Shown: one piece after another, positions 17,294 to 23,872 of the stretch | How positions within the stretch are numbered: the first letter of the stretch is position 1 | Layout: the number at the start of each line of letters is the position of its first letter | DNA from: an archaeon | Lineage (GTDB): Archaea > Iainarchaeota > Iainarchaeia > Iainarchaeales > Iainarchaeaceae | Reading direction: 5' to 3' | Length of the DNA: 23,872 bases | NCBI GenBank assembly: GCA_035289485.1 | Contig: DATDXA010000049.1 | Span: 1-23,872 of the forward strand | Made by a program: the position numbers and the translations under genes | The notes under the pieces: generated by a model | The model's database searches: none | Told to the model about the DNA's origin: nothing | Seen by the model: only the letters and a program-made list of their open reading frames with translations

Positions 17294-18548
17294 AATAACA
17301 CCACTTGGAAAAATCAACGCGGTTTTCACAGCGCCGCCCTCCAAAGCGCACACCCTTCGCGCGCTTTTCATAGCATCTCTTGCCCAGGGAAAGAGCGTTC
17401 TGCGAAATGCGCTCTATGCCGATGACCAGAAGGTTGCGGCAAATTCCCTTTCTGAATTCGGCGCAAAAATTACGCGCAAGGGGGATGATTTTGTCGTGGA
17501 AGGAACCGGAGGGGAGATTTCTGCGCCGCAAAAGCCCGTGTTTACCGGAATGTCAGGGGTGACAACAAGATTCATTGTCCCGTTTGCAGCTCTCGCAAAC
17601 GGAAAGAGCACAATTGATGGGGAAGCGCGCATGAGGCAGAGGCCGATTAAGGAAATAACCGATGCTCTTGTCCCGCTCGGAGTTGAATGTGAGCTTTCAG
17701 ATGAAGGAACGCTTCCGGTAACAGTGCACGGAGGCAATTTCGAGGGCGGAAAAACGCAGCTTAAGGGCTCTGAGAGTTCGCAATTTCTCAGCGGACTTCT
17801 TATCGCGGCACCATATACAAAAAACGGGGTACATGTGAAAATCGACGGGGAATTAAAGTCCAAGCCATATGTGGACATCACGATTGAGTGCATGAAATCT
17901 TTCGGGGTCGCGGCGGTGAACAGGCAGTACAAGGAATTTTTTGCCCCTGGAAAGAAAAAATATGCCGCGCGCGAGTATGATATAGAGGGCGATTACAGCT
18001 CTGCGTCATATTTTTTTGCAGCCGCGGCGGTCACGGTCGGGAAGGTGCGCGTGAAAAATCTCAACCCGCATTCGAAGCAGGGAGACAAGTTTTTTTTGGA
18101 ATGCATCGAAAAAATGGGATGCGCTGTGAAATACGGGAAGGATTTTGTCGAGGTAAAGGGCGGGGAGCTTCGGGGAATTTCGGTGGACATGGCAAATTGC
18201 CCCGATATTGTGCCAACGCTTGCTGTGGTGGCTGCATTTACTGATGGAAAAACAGAAATATTGAATGTGGGGCATCTTGCGGGCAAGGAGAGCAACAGAA
18301 TCAAGAGTGTTGCGAAGAATTTGCGCGAATGCGGAATCGTTGTGAAAGATTCGAAAGATTCGCTTGAGATTATTGGCGGGAAGCCGCACGGCGCGGACAT
18401 CGAGTGCTTCAATGATCACAGGATTGCGATGGCGTTTTCAATTCTTGGATTGGCCGTGAGCGGCGTTAGGATAATGCAGCCGGAAGTTGTTTCGAAAAGC
18501 TACCCGGAGTTTTATGATGAGCTTGCAAAGGGGTTGATGGCCAAATGA
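17286..18548 (+). CDS. aroA: 3-phosphoshikimate 1-carboxyvinyltransferase (EPSP synthase)
   Basis: PPSKAHTLR, RQRP, SSQFLSGLL, KESNRI, DHRIAMAF and KSYPEF. Confidence 0.96.
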   Translation: MIEITPLGKINAVFTAPPSKAHTLRALFIASLAQGKSVLRNALYADDQKVAANSLSEFGAKITRKGDDFVVEGTGGEISAPQKPVFTGMSGVTTRFIVPFAALANGKSTIDGEARMRQRPIKEITDALVPLGVECELSDEGTLPVTVHGGNFEGGKTQLKGSESSQFLSGLLIAAPYTKNGVHVKIDGELKSKPYVDITIECMKSFGVAAVNRQYKEFFAPGKKKYAAREYDIEGDYSSASYFFAAAAVTVGKVRVKNLNPHSKQGDKFFLECIEKMGCAVKYGKDFVEVKGGELRGISVDMANCPDIVPTLAVVAAFTDGKTEILNVGHLAGKESNRIKSVAKNLRECGIVVKDSKDSLEIIGGKPHGADIECFNDHRIAMAFSILGLAVSGVRIMQPEVVSKSYPEFYDELAKGLMAK

Positions 18549-19060
18549 ACATAGCATTTATCGGGTTTAGGGGGACTGGGAAAACCACCATAGGGAAGAG
18601 GGTTGCAAAAAGGCTGAACATGAAATTTACAGATATAGATAAGGAAATCGTGAAAACCGCAGGAAAAAGCGTTCCGGAAATTTTCGCGCAATCCGGAGAA
18701 GAAGGATTTAGAATCCTTGAGAGAAAGGCGGTTGCGGATATTAGTTCGCAGGACAATATGTGCATTGCATGCGGCGGCGGGGTTGTCCTCTTCAAGGAGA
18801 ACATTGATAACCTTAAAAGGAATTCAACAATTATACTGCTTGAGGCGCAGGCGCGAGTTATATACCGAAGAATCAGAAATGACAGCAACAGGCCCTCACT
18901 TACAGGAAAGGAAAAAATGGATGAAATAATACAGCTCCTTGGCGAGCGCGAGCCGCTTTATGAGGCAGCAGCCGAGATGAAGTTTGACACTTCGCAGGAT
19001 TCAGTTCCGCAAACTGTGCAGAAGATAATTGATGAGCTAAATGAAAGAGGGAAAATATGA
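18545..19060 (+). CDS. aroK: Shikimate kinase, bacterial P-loop type
   Basis: GFRGTGKTT Walker A, IFAQSGEEGFRILE, CGGG, RP lid motif and REPLY. Confidence 0.95.
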   Translation: MNIAFIGFRGTGKTTIGKRVAKRLNMKFTDIDKEIVKTAGKSVPEIFAQSGEEGFRILERKAVADISSQDNMCIACGGGVVLFKENIDNLKRNSTIILLEAQARVIYRRIRNDSNRPSLTGKEKMDEIIQLLGEREPLYEAAAEMKFDTSQDSVPQTVQKIIDELNERGKI

Positions 19061-20196
19061 GTACTGTTGTGAAAGTGAAGCTTAGCAGGAAAATTGATGA
19101 TAGCTACGCGATTGTAATAGGCAGCGGCCTTTCGAAATCACTGGGGAAGCAGATTGTGCGGGACGGGTTTGGGGGAAAATACTGTATCATCACGGATTCG
19201 AACACGCAAAAAATCTTCGGAAAGAAGCTGCTCTCGCAACTGCGCAGCGCAGGCGCGCACGCGCAGATGATTGTGTTCTCCGGTGGAGAGGAAAACAAGA
19301 ATATTTCTTCGGTTGAAAAAATACTCGAGCAGATGCTTGCAAAAGGCTTTGGCCGCAGGGATTGTATTGTGGCGCTTGGGGGTGGAATTGTGGGGGATGT
19401 TGCGGGGTTTGCGGCTTCGGTTTATTTGCGCGGGATAAATTTCGTGCAGGTGCCAACAACACTGCTTGCAATGGTTGATTCCAGTATCGGTGGAAAAACC
19501 GGGGTGAACCTCTCAGAGGGAAAAAACAGCGCGGGCGCATTTTACCAGCCAAAAAAAGTTTACATCTGCCCAGAGCTTCTCAAAACCCTTCCGGAGAATG
19601 AAATGCGCAACGGCATGAGTGAAATTGTAAAGCACGCGATAATGTTTGATGCAAAGTTCTTTGCGTATTTGGAAAAAAACCTCGGAAAAATCATGAAGCT
19701 TGATTCGAAAACTCTTGAATACGTGATTAAGAGGAACTGCGAACTCAAGGCAAAAGTGGTTGAGAAGGATGAATTGGAATCGAATTTCAGAAGGGTGGTG
19801 AACTACGGGCACACGATAGGCCACGCGCTTGAAGTGCTCACAGGATACAAAGGGATGAGCCATGGCGAGGCGATTTCAATTGGCATGGTCTCTGAAGCGG
19901 TGATTGCTTATGAAATGGGGCTCATGAAAGCACATGATATTGACAAAATAGCCAATCTGCTACATAAAATAGGGTTGCCAATTGATTTGCCAAATATTGA
20001 GATGGAAAGCATCCTCTCGGCCACTCGAAAGGATAAAAAAGCAGTTTCGGGCAAGGTTTATTACTCTCTGCCAGCGGGCATCGGAAAGGCCACGAGAAGC
20101 AAGGGACAGTATGGTATTGAAGTAAGTGATGAAATGGTGCGAAATTCCCTGGGGTGCTGCGATGATAATTGTTCCTGTTGTTGCGAAAACTGTTAG
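19057..20196 (+). CDS. aroB: 3-dehydroquinate synthase (bacterial-type, DAHP-using)
   Basis: ALGGGIVGDVAGF, PTTLLAMVDSSIGGKTGVN, NYGHTIGHALE, HGEA and DKK. Confidence 0.96.
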   Translation: MSTVVKVKLSRKIDDSYAIVIGSGLSKSLGKQIVRDGFGGKYCIITDSNTQKIFGKKLLSQLRSAGAHAQMIVFSGGEENKNISSVEKILEQMLAKGFGRRDCIVALGGGIVGDVAGFAASVYLRGINFVQVPTTLLAMVDSSIGGKTGVNLSEGKNSAGAFYQPKKVYICPELLKTLPENEMRNGMSEIVKHAIMFDAKFFAYLEKNLGKIMKLDSKTLEYVIKRNCELKAKVVEKDELESNFRRVVNYGHTIGHALEVLTGYKGMSHGEAISIGMVSEAVIAYEMGLMKAHDIDKIANLLHKIGLPIDLPNIEMESILSATRKDKKAVSGKVYYSLPAGIGKATRSKGQYGIEVSDEMVRNSLGCCDDNCSCCCENC

Positions 20197-20851
20197 TGAA
20201 GCAAATGACAAAATCGCGCACGCGAACAAGGTTGCGGACGCAATAGAGCTGCGCCTTGATTATTTTGAAAAGCTCGGCGAGCATGAACTCATGCGCATGA
20301 TAAAGGCTTGTGAAAAGCCGTGCGTGTGCACGTGTAGGACGATTGCCGAGGGTGGGAAGTTTGCGGGCAGGGAAAACACCGCAGCGCAGGTGCTGATTGG
20401 CGCGATTAAGGCGGGCGCGCATTTTGTTGATGTGGAATTTGAAATGAAGCCGCTTCTTCGCAAAAAAATAATGGAATTTGCAAAAAAGCACAACGCGCAG
20501 GTGATACTCTCAAAGCATTTCACTTCGCGCACGCCCTCCAAAAAGGAGCTGAATGCGCTTTTCATAAAAATGATTAAGGAAAAGGCGCACGTGATCAAAA
20601 TTGTAACCAAGGCAACGAAGCATTCGGACAACGGAATTGTGCTAGAGCTCTTCAAGGATGCGAAAAAGAAAAAAATCAGGCTTATTGCGTTCTGCATGGG
20701 TGAGCACGGCAGGGATTCGCGCGTGCTCTCAAAACTTCTCGGGGCGTTTGCGGGCTTTGCTTCGCTTGGAAAAGGGTTTGAAAGCGCAGAAGGGCAGATT
20801 CCGATTGATGAATTCAGGCAGATGCAATCTGAAATGAGGTCGTTATTTTGA
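20162..20851 (+). CDS. aroD: Type I 3-dehydroquinate dehydratase
   Basis: ELRLD, TCRTIAEGG, VDVE, KIVT, FCMG..G..SR and AEGQI; start set at ATG 20162 behind a GGGGTG RBS. Confidence 0.92.
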   Translation: MIIVPVVAKTVSEANDKIAHANKVADAIELRLDYFEKLGEHELMRMIKACEKPCVCTCRTIAEGGKFAGRENTAAQVLIGAIKAGAHFVDVEFEMKPLLRKKIMEFAKKHNAQVILSKHFTSRTPSKKELNALFIKMIKEKAHVIKIVTKATKHSDNGIVLELFKDAKKKKIRLIAFCMGEHGRDSRVLSKLLGAFAGFASLGKGFESAEGQIPIDEFRQMQSEMRSLF

Positions 20852-21663
20852 TAGATGCAAAAACACAGCTCTTCTGCCTGCTTGGAAAGCCCGCAAAGCA
20901 TTCGCTCTCTCCAATGATGCACAACGCCGGGTTTAGTGCGATAGGGATGAACTGCATTTACCTCGCATTCGAGCCGGAAAACCTCGCAGGCACAGTAAAG
21001 GGCCTTCGCGAACTTGATGTCGGCGGTTTCAATGTCACGATGCCGTTCAAAACCGAAATAATTCCGCTTCTCGATAAGGTCGATGAGATGGCGAAAAAAA
21101 TCGGGGCAGTGAACACCGTGGTGAACGAGAACGGGAAGCTTGTTGGGTATAATACTGATGGGGTTGGAGCTGTTGCCGCGCTAAAAAAAGTTACGCCGCT
21201 CGCAGGGAAAAAAATACTTCTGCTAGGGGCCGGCGGCGCAGGAAAAGCGATTGCGCACTACCTTGCAAAAGAGAAAGTGCAGCTAACAATTGCGGACAAA
21301 ACAAAATCAAAAGCTGAGGAACTTGCAAAAGCGGTGGGTTCGCAGGCTGCCCTTTCTGATGGGATAAAGTCCCTGGAAGGGTTTGATATCGTGATTAATG
21401 CATCCCCCGCAGGGATGAAACCGGATGTGCAGGGCACGCCGGTTCCGGTGAGCCTTTTGCACAAGAATCTTGTTGTGTTTGATATTGTGTATGAGCCTTT
21501 GGAAACAAAGTTCTTGCGCGAGGCAAGGCTTAAAGGATGCAAGACCATAAATGGGGTGGAAATGCTGCTTGAGCAAGGGTTTGCGGCATTTGAGCTGTTC
21601 GCGCAAAGGCGTGCTCCGCAGGAAAAGATGCGCGAAGCTTTGATGAATGGTATTGGAAGATGA
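20848..21663 (+). CDS. aroE: Shikimate dehydrogenase
   Basis: HSLSPMMHN, NVTMPFK, GAVNT, GYNTDG, GAGGAG and DIVYEP; TTGA overlap with aroD. Confidence 0.96.
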   Translation: MIDAKTQLFCLLGKPAKHSLSPMMHNAGFSAIGMNCIYLAFEPENLAGTVKGLRELDVGGFNVTMPFKTEIIPLLDKVDEMAKKIGAVNTVVNENGKLVGYNTDGVGAVAALKKVTPLAGKKILLLGAGGAGKAIAHYLAKEKVQLTIADKTKSKAEELAKAVGSQAALSDGIKSLEGFDIVINASPAGMKPDVQGTPVPVSLLHKNLVVFDIVYEPLETKFLREARLKGCKTINGVEMLLEQGFAAFELFAQRRAPQEKMREALMNGIGR

Positions 21664-21667
21664 ATTG

Positions 21668-22120
21668 ATGCGCCCTACAAAAAAGCCGAATTTGACGATG
21701 AATAAAGGGCCGAATTCAGGAGTAAAGTTGAGCGTTTCAAGACCTAGGGGAGCAACAATGGAAGCTTATAGAGTTATAGCAGGGCAAAAAACATACAAGC
21801 GGGCTGCCGGTGAAAAAATAGTGAGTCGATTAGGCGCGTATGGAAAAAAAGGCACAATGGATTTTGTGGTAAATGAAGGTGAAGCCGAAGTTTTTAGAAG
21901 TGTACCTGAACACGAACAGCACACAGGAATCGGAACCGATTTGCTTTTGGCTGCGGAAAATATGGCCAGAAAAATGGGAATACCAAAAGTGGTGGCAGGG
22001 ACAAGCAATCCGCAAGCGATAAAAACATATAAAAGGGCAGGATGGAAGTATGTTAGCAGTTACACTAATAATGGGAAAAAAATGTTTGTATATCAAAAAA
22101 TGGTAGGTGCGAAAAAATGA
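21668..22120 (+). CDS. GNAT-family acetyltransferase-like protein
   Basis: Motif A-like VPEHEQHTGIGTDLL and motif B-like NPQAIKTYKRAGW; start uncertain (21647-21668). Confidence 0.75.
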   Translation: MRPTKKPNLTMNKGPNSGVKLSVSRPRGATMEAYRVIAGQKTYKRAAGEKIVSRLGAYGKKGTMDFVVNEGEAEVFRSVPEHEQHTGIGTDLLLAAENMARKMGIPKVVAGTSNPQAIKTYKRAGWKYVSSYTNNGKKMFVYQKMVGAKK

Positions 22121-23184
22121 GTTTCAACACATTTGGGAAAATATTCACATTCACAACATTCGGGGAGAGCCACGGGCCTGCAATTGGGGTTGTAGTGGAT
22201 GGATGCCCGGCCGGGCTTGCAATCAGCGAATCCGATATTCAAAAAGAGCTTGACCGCAGAAGGCCTGGCCAATCTGAAGTTACAAGCCCGCGAGGCGAAG
22301 CCGACAAGGTGCAGATACTCTCAGGGATTTTCGAAGGCAAAACAACAGGAAGCCCTGTTGCTATGCTCATTTTCAATGAGGATGTTCGCAGCAAGGATTA
22401 TTCCAAGATAAAGGATTTGTTCAGGCCAGGGCACGCGGACTACACCTACTCAGAAAAGTTCGGTCACCGTGATTATAGGGGCGGGGGAAGAAGCTCTGCG
22501 CGCGAAACCGCAATGCGTGTTGCCGCAGGGGCAATTGCAAAAAAATATCTCGCGCAGAAAGGCATTTCGATTAATGGTTTCACGCGCGAGATTGCAGGAA
22601 TTCGCGCGGAGAAAACCGACCTTTCAGTTGTTGAAAAGAATTCCGTGCGCGCGCCAGACCTTGCCGCGGCAAAGAAAATGGAGGCCGCAGTGCTCAAGGC
22701 AAAAGAAGAGGGAGATAGCGTTGGCGGGATTGTTGAAGTAATTGCAAAAGGGGCCCCTGCTGGGCTTGGAGAGCCTGTGTATTACAAGCTCGATTCAAAG
22801 CTTGCCGAAGGCTTAATGGGAATTAATGCCGTGAAGGGAGTTGAAATAGGCTCGGGTTTTGCAGCAACGCACATGAAAGGCTCGGAGCATAATGATGAGA
22901 TGTTCACTTCAAAAGGCAAAGTGAAATTTCGCACGAATAATGCAGGAGGCATGACCGGTGGAATAAGCAACGGCGATGACATTGTCGCGCGCATTGCAGT
23001 AAAGCCCGCGTCCTCAATACTTAAGCAGCAGAACACGGTGAATAAGGCGCTAAAACAGACCAAAATCTCAGTTGAAGGGCGGCATGACCCGTGCCTTTGC
23101 CCGCGCGCGGTTCCGGTTGCGGAGGCGATGGTGGCGCTTGTGCTGATGGATTTGTATTTGATTGCGAAGGCAAGAAAGGGCTGA
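22117..23184 (+). CDS. aroC: Chorismate synthase
   Basis: TFGESHG, RRRPGQS, RPGHAD, GGGRSSARETA, NNAGGMTGGISNG and GRHDPC. Confidence 0.98.
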   Translation: MSFNTFGKIFTFTTFGESHGPAIGVVVDGCPAGLAISESDIQKELDRRRPGQSEVTSPRGEADKVQILSGIFEGKTTGSPVAMLIFNEDVRSKDYSKIKDLFRPGHADYTYSEKFGHRDYRGGGRSSARETAMRVAAGAIAKKYLAQKGISINGFTREIAGIRAEKTDLSVVEKNSVRAPDLAAAKKMEAAVLKAKEEGDSVGGIVEVIAKGAPAGLGEPVYYKLDSKLAEGLMGINAVKGVEIGSGFAATHMKGSEHNDEMFTSKGKVKFRTNNAGGMTGGISNGDDIVARIAVKPASSILKQQNTVNKALKQTKISVEGRHDPCLCPRAVPVAEAMVALVLMDLYLIAKARKG

Positions 23185-23205
23185 TTTTTGGGTTTTAGCA
23201 ACCCA
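23185..23205 (+). terminator. Possible terminator after aroC
   Basis: T-runs (TTTTTGGGTTTT) right after the stop codon, overlapping the inverted repeat TGGGTT-TTAGC-AACCCA. Confidence 0.35.
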
Positions 23206-23237
23206 TTAAAATATTACGCATGTTCCTTTGTGGGGGA

Positions 23238-23872
23238 ATGGGAATTCCAACTACGGTATCTTTTCACGGAAAACAGGTTGTAATAAGGACCACAAGCCTT
23301 GACTGGGGCAGCGTTGACAAGCTCCTTGAAAGCGAGCTTTTTTCAATGATGCTCTCAAATTACACCAAAAGGCTAAGGCATCACGATTCTGAGTTCCTAA
23401 AGCTTATCCCAAAGGGCGATGAAAAAAGGCAAGAAGAGCTGCTGCTCCTTTTCATGAAGAAAATTGCCAAAGAAGACGGGGCAAAAGTGCTTGCGCAAAA
23501 CCCTGAACTTGCACAGTTCTTCTCGGATACCTATCTTCTTGACAGGATGGTTGAAGATTTTTACAACTACTGGAGAAACCATGAGCGCTATCTTATTTGC
23601 CTAGCCGACCCGAAAGCCAGCGACGCTGAGGACATCGAAAAGAGGCCTTACAGGACATTTAATGACACAATTGAGAAGCTAAACCATGTCGTAAGAAAGC
23701 TCTACCGCGACATGCAGGAGAATATTACTGGAGAGCACCCCCTGATTTACAGGCAGGTTCCTGCCGGGTGCCAGGTGAGCGCGATTGCAAAGCCAAAGCG
23801 CACCGAGCTTCCGGCGCAATATTCCGCTCTTGGAGTTGTGCCTGTGATTACGCAGGTTCTCATGAACCCGCC
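23238..23872 (+). CDS. 3'-truncated ORF resembling the N-terminus of an atypical phosphoenolpyruvate carboxykinase-like family
   Basis: Absent from the ORF track because it runs off the window. Hand translation gives 211 open codons: MGIPTTVSF...VEDFYNYWRNHERY...RPYRTFNDTIEKLNHVVRKLYRDMQENITGEHPLIYRQVPAG...QVLMNP. The family call is from recall of these motifs only. Confidence 0.6.
   Translation, partial: MGIPTTVSFHGKQVVIRTTSLDWGSVDKLLESELFSMMLSNYTKRLRHHDSEFLKLIPKGDEKRQEELLLLFMKKIAKEDGAKVLAQNPELAQFFSDTYLLDRMVEDFYNYWRNHERYLICLADPKASDAEDIEKRPYRTFNDTIEKLNHVVRKLYRDMQENITGEHPLIYRQVPAGCQVSAIAKPKRTELPAQYSALGVVPVITQVLMNP

Noticed and set aside
20126..20161. AroD N-terminal extension MMKWCEIPWGAA containing two Trp
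   Set aside because: The RBS and family alignment favour ATG 20162, and the extension is entirely inside aroB.
20155..20196. Metallothionein-like tail CCDDNCSCCCENC on AroB
   Set aside because: It mostly lies in the 35-nt overlap with aroD, whose GTT Val codons read as TGT/TGC in the shifted frame. It is most likely a by-product of the overlap, not a metal-binding domain.
10496..23872. trp-aro cluster as an integrative element inserted at tRNA-Trp
   Set aside because: No integrase and no duplicated tRNA 3' end seen in the window. It cannot be excluded beyond the window edge.

Overview
Archaeal-looking genomic window, with all credible genes on the + strand. The archaeal call rests on TATA-like boxes, GGTGA-type ribosome binding sites and an archaeal-type tRNA; a DPANN lineage such as Diapherotrites/Iainarchaeota or Micrarchaeota is inferred, not shown. 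Left half: a 5'-truncated Cys/Trp-rich surface protein, a two-domain VOC/PhnB protein, a probable osmoprotection module (MscS, an OtsA-like glycosyltransferase fused to a HAD phosphatase, a histidine phosphatase), glutamate dehydrogenase, an RHH-antitoxin/RelE-HigB-like toxin pair with an apparent 2-nt frameshift in the toxin, and two orphan ORFs. Right half: a tightly coupled 12.5-kb bacterial-type trpE-G-D-CF-B-A-aroA-K-B-D-E-(GNAT)-aroC super-operon, then a 3'-truncated PEPCK-like gene. The most striking element is the operon's leader: TATA box, about 115 nt of multi-hairpin RNA, an intact tRNA-Trp(CCA) whose 5' acceptor strand can be sequestered by a leader hairpin, a U-rich tract inside a perfect 12-bp inverted repeat, then trpE, with no second clear TATA box. 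The 12 enzymes contain only one Trp in about 4,030 residues. Together this suggests a candidate tRNA-Trp-centred, Trp-responsive RNA control system; it is a hypothesis that needs testing.
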